Shown here piece after piece: positions 38,335 through 48,539 of a stretch of DNA of 64,000 nucleotides. The position numbers and the translations under genes are program-made. Every line of letters starts with the position of its first letter. Position 1 is the stretch's first letter. This DNA comes from Polyangiaceae bacterium (lineage in GTDB: Bacteria > Myxococcota_A > Polyangia > Polyangiales > Polyangiaceae): assembly GCA_044376115.1 (NCBI GenBank), contig JBILLK010000011.1:160001-224000 (forward strand), in the 5' to 3' direction. The notes beneath the pieces were generated by a model. That model was not told the origin of the DNA and made no database searches. It saw only the letters and a list, made by a program, of their open reading frames with translations.

Positions 38335-39177
38335 ATGGGCAAGCTCGACGGCAAAGTAGCGATCGTCACCGGCGGCGCCGGCGGGCTTGGCAGCGCGCTC
38401 GCGCTGCTGTTCGTGCAAGAAGGCGCGAAGGTCGTGCTGTGCGATCCCGGCGTTGAACAAGACGGTACGGGCGGAGACCCAGCGCGGGTCGCTGCGCTGG
38501 CCGCACGGATCGAGGCCGAGGGCGGGGAGGCGCGCGCGAGCGCGGCTCCCGCGCACACGGCCGAGGGCGCGAGCGAGGTGGTTACGCTCGCCGAAGAGGC
38601 GTTTGGTCGAGTGGACGTGCTGGTGAACTGCGCCGGCATCCGCTTGAACCGCACGCTGTCGAAGATGACGGGCGAGGACTTCAACGCGGTGCTCGACGCC
38701 CAGCTGCTTTCCACCTTTCACATGAGCCAGGCTGCGGTCAAAGCCATGCTCCGGCACGGTGATGGTGGTCGCATCGTGAACGTGACTTCCGCTGCCGGCT
38801 TCTTCGGCAACAAGGAGCAGGCGAACTTTGCTGCAGCGAGTGCCGGCGTCTACGCGCTCACCCGGACGCTGGCGATCGAACTCCAACGGCAAAGGATCTT
38901 CGTCAACGCGTTGTCACCTGTCGCAAAGACGCGCCTGACCGAGGATTTACCGATGTTCGAGCACACCGAGACGTTGACCCCCGCGCATGTGGCCCCGGCC
39001 GGGCTCTTCCTCGCGTGCGACCTTTCGGGTGAACGCACCGGCGTGGTGCTCGCGGTCTCAGGGTCGCAGCTTTACACCTTCAAACTCGTGCAAACGCCGG
39101 GCAAGTTCAAAGACGCCAACGCTCCTTGGTCCGCCGAGGAGGTCGCCGAACATTGGGACGCGATCTCCAAGGGCTGA
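38335..39177 (+). CDS. SDR-family protein lacking the catalytic Tyr and Lys
   Basis: TGGAGGLG, NCAG and GRIVNVTS are present. The YxxxK position reads QANFAAASAG. Confidence 0.88.
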   Translation: MGKLDGKVAIVTGGAGGLGSALALLFVQEGAKVVLCDPGVEQDGTGGDPARVAALAARIEAEGGEARASAAPAHTAEGASEVVTLAEEAFGRVDVLVNCAGIRLNRTLSKMTGEDFNAVLDAQLLSTFHMSQAAVKAMLRHGDGGRIVNVTSAAGFFGNKEQANFAAASAGVYALTRTLAIELQRQRIFVNALSPVAKTRLTEDLPMFEHTETLTPAHVAPAGLFLACDLSGERTGVVLAVSGSQLYTFKLVQTPGKFKDANAPWSAEEVAEHWDAISKG

Positions 39178-39254
39178 CCCCACGGCGCTCGCATCGGTTC
39201 TCGCATCGCAGGCCAACCGCGTCGGTTCGTTGGTCTGCGCCAACCAAAACCTAG

Positions 39255-39638
39255 CTACCGATACGGCGTCTCTTTGGGCGCCGTGCTGGTATCCACGATC
39301 ACGAACCCCTCCTTCTTGTTCGGGAGCTCCTCGAGCGAAGCAGGGTCCTTCACGTACCACTCCACCCAGCCGCAGCCGATACACGCGTAGGCCTCGAACA
39401 CTCCGAATACGCGGCTGCGCCAGATGCTTGGTTTGGCCAGCGCCAATTCGCTGGGGCCGCCATCTGCGCGGTCGAGCACGGTGGGCGCATGAAGGAAGCG
39501 CCGCCCGCTGCAGGCCGGGCAGGCGCCCTGCTGGCGCAAGGTAGGTGTGCCGCGGTGCTGCACAGTGAGTTCTGCTCGCAGCCGCGCGATTTCTTGTTCC
39601 AGTGCGCTAAGCCGCAGTGCCATCGCTTCATCGCTCAT
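39255..39638 (-). CDS. Small hypothetical protein with a coiled-coil and a CxxC..CxxC zinc ribbon
   Basis: CPAC and CIGCGWVEWY. ATG 39638 avoids overlap with the divergent gene. Confidence 0.65.
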   Translation of the reverse strand: MSDEAMALRLSALEQEIARLRAELTVQHRGTPTLRQQGACPACSGRRFLHAPTVLDRADGGPSELALAKPSIWRSRVFGVFEAYACIGCGWVEWYVKDPASLEELPNKKEGFVIVDTSTAPKETPYR

Positions 39639-39801
39639 GAGGCGAATCGCTAGCTGGGCCGCGGTGGCGCCGGTATCGGTTTTGTCAGCCGCCGCCCCAT
39701 CGGCCTCCGCCGAAATGAAGGTTATCTGAGGCTCGCTACGTTGCTGGGGTGGGGTCCGGGTGGTAGCTTGAACAGGCTCAACCCCAAGTTTCCACCGAAC
39801 C

Positions 39802-41577
39802 ATGTCCCGAGAATTCACCATCCCCCTCGCCCTTTGGGCCTGTGCGGCGCTCGTCGCGCACGCGGCCATTGGTGGTGGGGCTGTGACGGTGACCCACATC
39901 GAGGAGAAGAAAGCCAAGGAGCGGGCTGAAATCCGCGACATGGTTCAGAACGTTCGGCGGGGGTTAGGCGGCGTGGAGATTGAGATCGGCGACACCACCC
40001 CGTGGAAGCCACGCGAAGAGAAGCCCAAGGAGTCGAGCCCCACGTTGAGCGCGCTCGGCAAACTCGGAGAGCTGGTGGCGGCAACGGACTCGCCCGAGTT
40101 CCAGGCCGAAGTAGAAAAGATCAAGAAGGAGCTCGAGAAGAAGGCTCCTCCGAAGGAAGAGAAGCCGGAGGAGAAGCTCCCGGAGCCCGAGAAGAAGGCC
40201 GAGCCGGAGGAGAAGCCAGCGGAGGCTGCCAAGCCGATGCAGGTCGTCGCGATGCCCGACGACAACCGCATCAAGATTCGCCAGGCGGCCCAGTCGGAGA
40301 AAGACAACCCCAACGCGCCACGGCTGGCCGAACACGCGCTGAGCGTCGAAGAAGAGACCATCGCGAAGGCCCGGTCGAATGACACGGTGTCGGAGAATCC
40401 TTCGCTCGGGTCGAATCAGGAGGGCCCCAAAGAGAAAGAAGGCAACTCCACCGATGAGGTGAATGGGCAAGCGGAGGACCGAGCAGGCGACAAGCGCAAG
40501 GCTCCGGGGAACGCCGCTGACCGCGCGCTCGCCGAGAAGGGGCGCAACGCCGCGGCCGGGAGTGAGAAGGCGTCTGGCGCTGCCGCGGGCGGTCAAGCGG
40601 GGAAGACCCCGACGGCAGCTGCATCGCCCGCTCAGGCCGCTGCAGAGGGTGGGCGCGAGAACGCTGCACACGAGCATGTCCACGGTGAGCAGAGCGCGTG
40701 GGATCTGCAAGAGGCTGCACCGGGTGGTGACGGCTCTGGCGACAAAGCCGGGTTTGGGCAGCTTGCTGTGGCGGGCGCGCGCGTTTCGGTTCCGTTCCGT
40801 ATTCCGCGTGCACCGGGCATCGGCGGCGGGCCTGGCGGAGAGGGCACCGGGTTCGATCTCGATTGGACGCAGTTCGCCTCGGCGGTGGGTCAGGCCGAGC
40901 TCGATCAACAGCAGGCGCGCATCGGAGCCAGCGTCCGAAGTCAACGCAAAGGTCGCTTCGACTCGGAGAAGTTTCAGCGTTGGCTACCCGACATCGAGAA
41001 CTACGACCCCGCGGTGAAGCTTGGCAATCAGACCAAGCTCAACGCCGCGCAATCGGTGTTCGCTACGTATCTATCCACCATTCACAACGCCATTCACCCC
41101 ATCTTCGCCGATGAGTTTCTATCGTCGTTGAACAAGCTCGGAAAAAATCATGAGCTAAATGGCGACGTCGTTACCCACGTAGAGATCATCCTCTCAAAGG
41201 ATGAAGGCCGAGTGGTTCGCATGGGCATCACGCGCAACAGCGGATTCACTCTGTTTGATGCGGCTGCGCTCGAAGCAATCGACCGGGCTCAGCCGTTTGG
41301 TCTGGTTGCGCCTGACGCGATTGTTTCGCCTGACGGTAACGTGTACTTGCATTGGGAGTTCCACCGCGATCCGGTGGATGCCTGCTCCACGCGCAACGCC
41401 AGCCCCTTCATTCTCGCTCAGCCGAAACCCATCAAATCCAATCTCCCAAAGCGGAAGCCGAAGCGACTGAAGAAGCCTGCGAAGGGTGAGGATGGCACGA
41501 CCGCCGTCCAACCCGGCAGTGAAGCGGCTCCGCCCAGCACTCCGACAGAGCCGCTGGTTCCACGTCGAAAGAAATGA
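39802..41577 (+). CDS. TonB C-terminal domain protein with an N-terminal anchor and a long charged linker
   Basis: N-terminal TM with His (LVAH), E/K/P-rich linker, and C-terminal G.V......SG...FDAAALEAIDRAQPF. Confidence 0.75.
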   Translation: MSREFTIPLALWACAALVAHAAIGGGAVTVTHIEEKKAKERAEIRDMVQNVRRGLGGVEIEIGDTTPWKPREEKPKESSPTLSALGKLGELVAATDSPEFQAEVEKIKKELEKKAPPKEEKPEEKLPEPEKKAEPEEKPAEAAKPMQVVAMPDDNRIKIRQAAQSEKDNPNAPRLAEHALSVEEETIAKARSNDTVSENPSLGSNQEGPKEKEGNSTDEVNGQAEDRAGDKRKAPGNAADRALAEKGRNAAAGSEKASGAAAGGQAGKTPTAAASPAQAAAEGGRENAAHEHVHGEQSAWDLQEAAPGGDGSGDKAGFGQLAVAGARVSVPFRIPRAPGIGGGPGGEGTGFDLDWTQFASAVGQAELDQQQARIGASVRSQRKGRFDSEKFQRWLPDIENYDPAVKLGNQTKLNAAQSVFATYLSTIHNAIHPIFADEFLSSLNKLGKNHELNGDVVTHVEIILSKDEGRVVRMGITRNSGFTLFDAAALEAIDRAQPFGLVAPDAIVSPDGNVYLHWEFHRDPVDACSTRNASPFILAQPKPIKSNLPKRKPKRLKKPAKGEDGTTAVQPGSEAAPPSTPTEPLVPRRKK

Positions 41578-42578
41578 CTGAAAACAGCCAGTCGCTGATT
41601 CCGAGTGCCCGCCCATCCTTGCTACTAGCAGCGTTCGCTGTGGGGGTCGTGTTCCTCTCCCGAGGGCTTGGTCCCGCTCTTCAAGGCGCAGTGGTTGGGC
41701 TCAGCGACGCGATCGACTTCCTCGCGATGGCGGGGGACGCTGCCTCGCAGCTGCTCTTCGTCTCGCTCATGGTCGTAGCGCTCGGTTTACTCTCGGCCTG
41801 GGCTCAACTGCGGGCGCCGTTCCTGCTGAAGTTGTATGTCGTAGCTCTCACCGTGCCGATCTGCTTCGTGGCGCTGGCTACGATGGCGGTGCCGCGGACC
41901 CATCCGGTGATGCACCTCCTTGTGTGTCTGCTATCGAGTCTCGCGGCAGTTGGGCTTGGTCTCGACGCCGCGATTCGTCGCAACCTTTATGCTGGTATCC
42001 CGATCCTGATCGGTCTGGCCGCGTTGCTCCGCGGTGTGAGCGCCTTTCTCTCGGAGTCTGCCATCGTGACCCACCACGATCTCGCGACGATGGCTGACCG
42101 TTATCAGCAAGCGAGGTTGGTCTCGACCGTGGCGCACGGTCTGCTCGGGGTGGCGTTGCTATTGGCCATTAGCTTGATGGTGCGGCAGTCGAAGCTGCGC
42201 GGCGGGATTGTCGTGCTGGCGCTCGTCGGCTTGGGCGCGACCAGCTTTGTGCTCGGGCAGATGCCGCCGGCTGAGCTCGACTCGGTGGGGAGCATCTTGC
42301 TCGTTCGGCTCGGCCTTCGACTCTCTTCGTTGCCGCCGCCTCTGTTGGCACCTGGGCTCGAGCACGTGCTCGCCTTGGCTCCACTTTGCGTGGCGGCGGG
42401 GCTCTTGATCAGCGCAGCAAAAGCAGAGCGTCGAACCATCGCCTCCTTGGCTTTGGTGGTGCTGGCCTCGGTCAACGCTGAAGTGCCGCTCCTCGGGCTT
42501 TGCCTGCTATGTGGCGGACTCGGCTACGCGCTCGAACGCCGAGACCCGCACGGAGTGTTCCGGACGGGCCAGGCTTAA
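41574..42578 (+). CDS. Hypothetical polytopic membrane protein
   Basis: About 9-10 hydrophobic segments. ATGA overlap with the upstream gene. Confidence 0.75.
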   Translation: MTENSQSLIPSARPSLLLAAFAVGVVFLSRGLGPALQGAVVGLSDAIDFLAMAGDAASQLLFVSLMVVALGLLSAWAQLRAPFLLKLYVVALTVPICFVALATMAVPRTHPVMHLLVCLLSSLAAVGLGLDAAIRRNLYAGIPILIGLAALLRGVSAFLSESAIVTHHDLATMADRYQQARLVSTVAHGLLGVALLLAISLMVRQSKLRGGIVVLALVGLGATSFVLGQMPPAELDSVGSILLVRLGLRLSSLPPPLLAPGLEHVLALAPLCVAAGLLISAAKAERRTIASLALVVLASVNAEVPLLGLCLLCGGLGYALERRDPHGVFRTGQA

Positions 42579-42581
42579 CGG

Positions 42582-44111
42582 CTATTGCGCTGCGACGATC
42601 TTCGTCCGCGGCCCGCCTAGCTCGATCGCCTTCTCGATCAAGCGGATGAACTCGCTTTCATCCTCATTGTCGCTCACGGCTGCCTTCGCCAGGGCGAGCG
42701 TCTGGTCGAGCCCACTTGCATAGGGGCTTTGGCGTAGAGACTCGGCGAACCCTGCGATGGCTACCGCGAGTTGGTAGTTACGAGGTGCTGCCTCGAACGT
42801 TGCGAATAGCGAACTGGCAGGCATGTCGAACGACAGCTCCTCCGCCTGACTGCCACCCTCGGGCATGAAGCGCACTTTCACTGTGGCCAAGCTGCTTGGG
42901 CTCTTTCCCTTCGCTTGCTCGCTGAGCTCCAAGTCATAGAGGGCGGTGACGGTGTGCCCTGCGCCAACCTCTCCACCGTCCACCTTGTCGTTGCGGAAGT
43001 CTTTGTCAGCTACATCCCGATTCTCATAGCCGACTAGGCGGTAGCGCTTGACCAATGCCGGGTCGAAGCTGACCTGCAGTTTGACGTCCCTGGCCACAAC
43101 CTGAAGGTTTGCATCGAGCTGACGACCGAACACTTTGCGGGCTTCATCCGCTGAGTCGATATAGCTATAGTTGCCGTCGCCTTTGTCAGCGAGTTGCTCC
43201 ATCATCGTATCTTTGTAGTTGCCATTGCCCACGCCAACGGTGCTCAAGGTGATGCCCTGCGCTTTGTATTGCGCGATCTGGCTAAGGATCGCTTCATGTC
43301 CACTCGGCCCGATGTTGGCATCTCCGTCGGATAGAACGATTACGCGGTTGATCTCCCCTGGCTTCAGCGTTCGCTTGGCGAGGGCGTACGCTGTATCGAT
43401 GCCGCTCGACATCGCTGTTCCGCCGCCAGCCGTGAGGCTGTCAATGGCAGCGAGGATCTTGGCGCGAGACTCCATGCCGGTCGGCTGCAACAGCTCCTGC
43501 GTGCTCCCCGCGTAAGTGCAGAGCGCAACCGTGTCACCAGGCTTCAAATTCTGCGTCAGCGTGCGCAAGGTCGTTTGAACCATTCCGAGCTTGTCAGGGG
43601 ATTGCATCGACCCGCTGGTATCCACGAGAAAGACCAAGTGTGCTGGCGGGCGGTTCTGCGACTGGTTCTTCTTGCTCGCGAGACCGATGCGCAAAAGGTG
43701 ATTGCCTCGAAGGGCGGGGGAGGGCGCTGCGGCAAAGTTCACAGCAAAGGCTTTGTCCGCTGGCGCCTCATAGCCGTAGTTGAACGCGTTGACGAACTCC
43801 TCCACCCGCACCGCCTCCTTGGGAGGTAAGGCGTTCTCTCCGAGCTTGCGACGAACGATCGCGTAGGACGCCGTATCGACGTCGATGCCAAAGGTGGATA
43901 GCTGATCTTCCGCTGTGTTGACGTACGGGTTTACTCCGTAGTCCGCATAAGCCTCAGCGCTCGGTTTCTCTTCTTGCGCTCGCTCCAAGTAAAGCGGCGT
44001 GGACATTGACATGGGCGCTGCATACGAAGGGTAGTTCGACGCAGAGGGGCTTGCGCTGCAGCCGGCGGTTGCAAGGAGGAGGGCGAAACTGAGGCGGCTC
44101 TTGTGGTTCAC
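42582..44111 (-). CDS. YfbK-like VWA domain lipoprotein
   Basis: Lipobox TAG-C, STFGIDVDTASY, MIDAS DTSGSM, LSDGDAN and YRLVGYENR. Confidence 0.9.
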   Translation of the reverse strand: MNHKSRLSFALLLATAGCSASPSASNYPSYAAPMSMSTPLYLERAQEEKPSAEAYADYGVNPYVNTAEDQLSTFGIDVDTASYAIVRRKLGENALPPKEAVRVEEFVNAFNYGYEAPADKAFAVNFAAAPSPALRGNHLLRIGLASKKNQSQNRPPAHLVFLVDTSGSMQSPDKLGMVQTTLRTLTQNLKPGDTVALCTYAGSTQELLQPTGMESRAKILAAIDSLTAGGGTAMSSGIDTAYALAKRTLKPGEINRVIVLSDGDANIGPSGHEAILSQIAQYKAQGITLSTVGVGNGNYKDTMMEQLADKGDGNYSYIDSADEARKVFGRQLDANLQVVARDVKLQVSFDPALVKRYRLVGYENRDVADKDFRNDKVDGGEVGAGHTVTALYDLELSEQAKGKSPSSLATVKVRFMPEGGSQAEELSFDMPASSLFATFEAAPRNYQLAVAIAGFAESLRQSPYASGLDQTLALAKAAVSDNEDESEFIRLIEKAIELGGPRTKIVAAQ

Positions 44112-44151
44112 CTTGATCAGAACGTGGCCACGAGCTTGGCCTTACACCGCT

Positions 44152-44868
44152 TTAATCGAGCCCACGTTTTCCGGGGGCCCAGTACGCTTTGCTCTTTTGG
44201 CCGACCAGCAAGAGGCCCCTTTGTTTGAGCCCGTGGCGCAGCCGTTGGATTGCGACAGACCGCCCTGTCAGGACCAGTTGGTGGCTACGATCTCTCGCAA
44301 GGGCTTCTGCAACCACCTCCTCGATAGCGCTGAGGTGCGCATCATCGGCAGTTCGCGGAAACAGGCGAGCGCCGTCAACGTCGAGATTGGAGAGGGCGCA
44401 TTCGGCGTCTCCAGGGTTTTGGCACTCGAACAGTAGGTGCACCTGCGCTGCGGAACGCTGTTCGCGCAGCACCCGTCCGAGCGCGAAGGAGGTCTCGTCT
44501 CCGACCACGATGCTCGGGGCGCCCTGAACGTTGAATTCGAGAGAGCCTCTCGGGCCAAAGAGGAGGGCCTTGTCTCCAGCCTTTACTGTCTTTCCCCATT
44601 CTGCGCCGGGCGAGCTGCCGTGCACGTACACAAGCAGGCTGAGCATGCCTCGCGCTGCATCAAACGAGAATGGCGTATAGGTCCGCGTCCCCGTCTCCAA
44701 GAAGACCTGCACCTTATCTCCAGCTTGGAACGAAGCTCCCACAAGCCGCTCGCCCGCTAACTCGATGCGACGGAAGCGCGGCGCAACCTCGCGTGCGCTC
44801 TCGACCCGAACTGGGCGGAAGAGAACCTTGCCCAAGGTGTCCGCAAAGAGCTTCTTTACCGCCGACAT
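44152..44868 (-). CDS. Siderophore-interacting FAD-binding protein (ViuB/SIP-like)
   Basis: RTYT, HG..PG..W, GPRG, GDETS and KAYW.PG motifs. Confidence 0.85.
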   Translation of the reverse strand: MSAVKKLFADTLGKVLFRPVRVESAREVAPRFRRIELAGERLVGASFQAGDKVQVFLETGTRTYTPFSFDAARGMLSLLVYVHGSSPGAEWGKTVKAGDKALLFGPRGSLEFNVQGAPSIVVGDETSFALGRVLREQRSAAQVHLLFECQNPGDAECALSNLDVDGARLFPRTADDAHLSAIEEVVAEALARDRSHQLVLTGRSVAIQRLRHGLKQRGLLLVGQKSKAYWAPGKRGLD

Positions 44869-44927
44869 GGGGCAGATCTAGCTGCGCCGGTGATTGCGCA
44901 GCCTGAAGCTTCATTAAGAAGTGCCCC

Positions 44928-45893
44928 TCACTCTCGGGGCGTGGGGCCGCACCAGGCTTTGGCCGCTTCGAGCGACATCCTCGCCGAGCCTTCCTCTGGC
45001 TGCGTCCCGGGCTGCTGCTCGAAGCGGAATCGGACCTGTCGCGTCTTGTCTAGGAAGACGAGGTCGTCTCGGATCAAGGTGCCATCGAGGCAAGCGATGC
45101 GCTTGGGTTTAAGATAGATAGGTAAGTTGGCCGACTTTGGGGCGGGTGGCGCTTTGCCTATGCCACATTCGAGCGCAAGAAATCGGGCTCGGTTGTCATC
45201 CTCGAGGCCCACTGGGCCAACTCTGCCGCTGGGCCCAGTCCTTCTTTCATCGGGCTTCGGTTCGGCTGCGTCGAGCAGCGTCCAAAGATCGACAGCGCCA
45301 AGCGGATCGACATCAAAGTAGCTATGCTCGAACACCAACACGCGCCCGACGTGCTCCTTGTTGCGGCACTTGCGGATCACCTCAAATGCGAGCGCGTCGT
45401 GAAAGAAGAACAGCTTGCCGGTGGTTCGCTCGACGTAGAAGAGCGCGCTGGACGTCGCCCAGCCGCTCTTGGTGAAGTAAATACGTTGTTCGTCCGGAGA
45501 GAAGGTTACCGAGCCAATGCCAGTGTTCTCGAGCTCGGGCAGGTTGGCCGCTGTGTTCACCGGCTTGAGCACCCCAGACCCAAGCAGCTGTTGCTCCGCG
45601 CCGTCCTTCGGCTGAAGCCAAAGCTCGGTGCCCTTCTTGATTATGGCTTTGAATGCTCCGCTGGGGCTAACCACCGTCACGTCGGGCGGCGGTGGAGAGG
45701 GAGGGCCGGGCGGGCTCGCGCTTGGTTCTTGTTGCGCTTGTGCCGACGGGGAGGGGGATGCGCTCGCGCTTGCTTCGACCCGAGGCGACGATGGCGCTGG
45801 GGCAGGCGCCTGCTTGGCCTGCTTGGGTGCTATTTCGGCGGTGCAGGCTGTCAGCACCAGCAGCGCGAGAAATCTGGTTCGAAGCGCGCTCAC
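44928..45893 (-). CDS. Hypothetical lipoprotein with a Pro/Ser/Ala linker and a beta-rich domain
   Basis: GTG 45893 overlaps the upstream stop (GTGA). Signal FLALLVLTA-C. Confidence 0.65.
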   Translation of the reverse strand: MSALRTRFLALLVLTACTAEIAPKQAKQAPAPAPSSPRVEASASASPSPSAQAQQEPSASPPGPPSPPPPDVTVVSPSGAFKAIIKKGTELWLQPKDGAEQQLLGSGVLKPVNTAANLPELENTGIGSVTFSPDEQRIYFTKSGWATSSALFYVERTTGKLFFFHDALAFEVIRKCRNKEHVGRVLVFEHSYFDVDPLGAVDLWTLLDAAEPKPDERRTGPSGRVGPVGLEDDNRARFLALECGIGKAPPAPKSANLPIYLKPKRIACLDGTLIRDDLVFLDKTRQVRFRFEQQPGTQPEEGSARMSLEAAKAWCGPTPRE

Positions 45894-46561
45894 GTTGCTT
45901 GTCCTTGCTCGAGCGCGGCCAGCTCGAACAAGCGCGCGGCCTCGTGTACGAAGCTGCCCTTCCCCTCGGTAAATGCAAGCTGAACCATTGCCTGCGCCAC
46001 CGTCTTTGCGTGGATAGGACGATAGGCGCGCAGTCCAGGCAGGTAGTCGAGCACATGCATCACTGCCAAACCGAGCCTCTCCGCTGGCCTGGACTCCTTG
46101 CGGTCTCCATCGAGGATGCTCGGACGGAGGACATGACAACGCTCAAAGCCAAGCTCACTCACCGCTTGGTCCAGCTGCCCCTTCATGCGGTTATAAAACA
46201 GGCTGGAGCTCGCGTTCGCTCCAGTCGACGAGACCAATACATAACAAGCCACACCGTTCTTGGCTGCCGCTCGAGCCGTTTCGTATTGGTACGTATAATC
46301 GACCTCCCGTTGCGCCTCCTGGCTGCCGGCTTTTTTAAGGGTGGTTCCCAGGGTCGAGAACATGACATCCCCAACGACGTCGTTGGCGAAGCTCTCGGGC
46401 TTTCGAAAGTCGATGACGTGCTCTCGTAGCTTGGGGTGGCTGCGTCCGCTGCCGCGGCGAACCAAAGAGCGCACTTCCGCAAACCGAGCGTCTTCAAGCA
46501 ATAGCTCGAGCAGCGCCCCGCCTACGAGACCTGTAGCCCCAATCATCACGGCGGACTTCAT
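45890..46561 (-). CDS. NAD(P)H-binding protein, YraR/TIP30(CC3)-like
   Basis: GATGLVG, LGTTLKKAGS, VDY, YNRMKG and RPS.LDGDR. Confidence 0.88.
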   Translation of the reverse strand: MKSAVMIGATGLVGGALLELLLEDARFAEVRSLVRRGSGRSHPKLREHVIDFRKPESFANDVVGDVMFSTLGTTLKKAGSQEAQREVDYTYQYETARAAAKNGVACYVLVSSTGANASSSLFYNRMKGQLDQAVSELGFERCHVLRPSILDGDRKESRPAERLGLAVMHVLDYLPGLRAYRPIHAKTVAQAMVQLAFTEGKGSFVHEAARLFELAALEQGQAT

Positions 46562-46605
46562 GGATCGAGTCTGCCCCGTCTGTGCGCCCCCGTGAAGCGG
46601 CGTGC

Positions 46606-47481
46606 CTACTTGGACGACACCGCGATGGGTGCAACGCAGCGTAGCCCGACGTTGGGAGTGCGCGCGTCGGCTGGCACTGTGGCGCGTGCGTCGGTGCGGA
46701 CGCCTTCCAGGTCGGTTTGGGTGAAGCTACCACCGCGAACGATGTTGCCGCCGAACTCGGCCGGGGTGGACGTCCACTCCGCGACGTTGCCTGCAAGATC
46801 GAGCAGCCCCTCGCGCGAGGCCCCAAGCCCGAACTGACCGACCTCGGCTGTTCCGGGAAAGCCATCCTGTTCTTCGTATGCTGCGGTTTGGCGTACGCCG
46901 CCTTGCGAAAAGGCAGAGCTGCATTCCGCCCCGCATAGGTTGGCCCGCTTCGTTGAAGGAGCATCGGTGCCCCACGGGTAGACGCGCGCCTCTTCACCCC
47001 CGCGCGCGGCCCACTCCCACTCCGGCTCGCTGGGTAGCCTGGCCTCGCGGAAACGACAGTACGATTCTGCCTGCAGCAGGCTGATGCAATTGATCGGGTG
47101 CGCTTGTCGACCGGTGCGCTGGGTGTTGCAATAGCTCGATAGATGCGCGCTCTCGCGCAGTTGCAAGCCCTCCAGCGCCACCTCGGTGGCAGCGCGAGCG
47201 CAGCTCTCCGCAGCCACGCATTCGTTGAACTGCTCGACGGTCACCTCGGTCCTGTCGACGCACAGGCTCTCGATGCGCTTGCCATTCAGCTCGCCGCCCT
47301 GAACGAGGGCAGCACCGTCTTGGCAGGGCAGCTTTGGTTTGGCTGGCTCTTGAACTGGCGCTATCGCCTCCAGCACCCGCGAAGGTTTGGAGCCACAGGC
47401 CAGTAGCGCGATACCGCAGAAAGCGTAATGCATTAGGCGCGGCGCGCTTCTGCGAGAGCGGTTAGCTTGAATCCCGACCAT
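46606..47481 (-). CDS. FGE-sulfatase (SUMF1-like) domain lipoprotein
   Basis: DRTEVT, RLPSEPEWEWAARG, YPWG, DLAGNVAEW, RGGS and GLRC. Lipobox LLA-C. The start may be 47433. Confidence 0.88.
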   Translation of the reverse strand: MVGIQANRSRRSAPRLMHYAFCGIALLACGSKPSRVLEAIAPVQEPAKPKLPCQDGAALVQGGELNGKRIESLCVDRTEVTVEQFNECVAAESCARAATEVALEGLQLRESAHLSSYCNTQRTGRQAHPINCISLLQAESYCRFREARLPSEPEWEWAARGGEEARVYPWGTDAPSTKRANLCGAECSSAFSQGGVRQTAAYEEQDGFPGTAEVGQFGLGASREGLLDLAGNVAEWTSTPAEFGGNIVRGGSFTQTDLEGVRTDARATVPADARTPNVGLRCVAPIAVSSK

Positions 47482-47645
47482 AGCGTAAGCCTTCCTGGCG
47501 AACCGCCTCGCTATACGTCAATTTGATGCGGCCTCCAATTGGTCCTTGAGCGCCGGTGTTCAAGCTCTGTCCCCAAGCTCGCTCACCGCCGTCCCTTTCG
47601 ACGATTTACGGGGTTTGGCAGCTCGAGCGAGTAGACTCTGCCTTA

Positions 47646-48539
47646 ATGGAACCGAAAGTGTTGTGGAAGAGTGTGGGTTTGCTTGGGGCAGGCGCACTCG
47701 TATTGACGACCCTTGCCTTCAGCTCCTGCACCACGGTGGATGCAGGTCATGTGGGGATCGTCAAAGTGTTCGGCGCGGTGAAGGCTGAGACGTTGGCCGA
47801 GGGCATCCACTGGAAGAAACCCTGGGAGTCGGTGGTGGAGTTCGAGGTGAGGCTCCGCTCGCTCAACAACAAGGCCGCTGCGGCTTCCAAAGACCTTCAG
47901 ACGGTCACTACCGAAATAACAATTCAATATTCGCCCAACGCTGCAATGGTCTCCGACATCTACCGCTCGATCGGCGATATCGCGCGGCTGGAGCCGGTGA
48001 TTGTGGCTCCGGCGGTGCAGGAGTCTCTCAAGAGCGTTACCGCGCAGTTTACTGCAGAGGAGTTGATTACTCAGCGCCAGCGAGTCAAAGGCGAGGTGGA
48101 GGCGGCCATCAAAACCTTCATTGACGCGACCTTGCACGAAAAAGGGCTCTCTGGCGCTATCGATGTAGCCAACATTGCTATCACCGATTTCAAATTTAGT
48201 GAGGAGTTCAACAAGGCGATCGAGGCGAAGGTAAAGGCCGAGCAGGAGGCTCTGAAAGCCATCAATGAAAAGACGAGGCGGATCACCGACGCAGAGGCGA
48301 CCACCGCCGAACAGAAGCTTGCCGCAGACGCCAAGGCCTATGCGACCGACGTCGAGTCGAAGGCGCGCGCTTCGGCGATTCAGCGCGAGGCGGACGCGTT
48401 GAAGGCCAGCCCCGAGGTGATTCAGCTGCGAGCCATTGAGCGCTGGAACGGAGCTCTGCCAACCTACTTGGGCGCCGGCCAGCCAACGCCTTTCATCGAC
48501 GTATCTCCGGAGAAGCTGACGCCGGCTGCCAAGAAGTAA
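47646..48539 (+). CDS. Prohibitin-like SPFH/band 7 protein
   Basis: VDAGHVGI, EGIHW..PW, SKDLQ, AEELITQR, FNKAIEAK..AEQ and W.G.LP. Confidence 0.9.
   Translation: MEPKVLWKSVGLLGAGALVLTTLAFSSCTTVDAGHVGIVKVFGAVKAETLAEGIHWKKPWESVVEFEVRLRSLNNKAAAASKDLQTVTTEITIQYSPNAAMVSDIYRSIGDIARLEPVIVAPAVQESLKSVTAQFTAEELITQRQRVKGEVEAAIKTFIDATLHEKGLSGAIDVANIAITDFKFSEEFNKAIEAKVKAEQEALKAINEKTRRITDAEATTAEQKLAADAKAYATDVESKARASAIQREADALKASPEVIQLRAIERWNGALPTYLGAGQPTPFIDVSPEKLTPAAKK

Noticed and set aside
46606..47481. True formylglycine-generating enzyme
   Set aside because: The catalytic Cys pair after RGGS is absent and no sulfatase gene is nearby; it is an FGE-like domain only.
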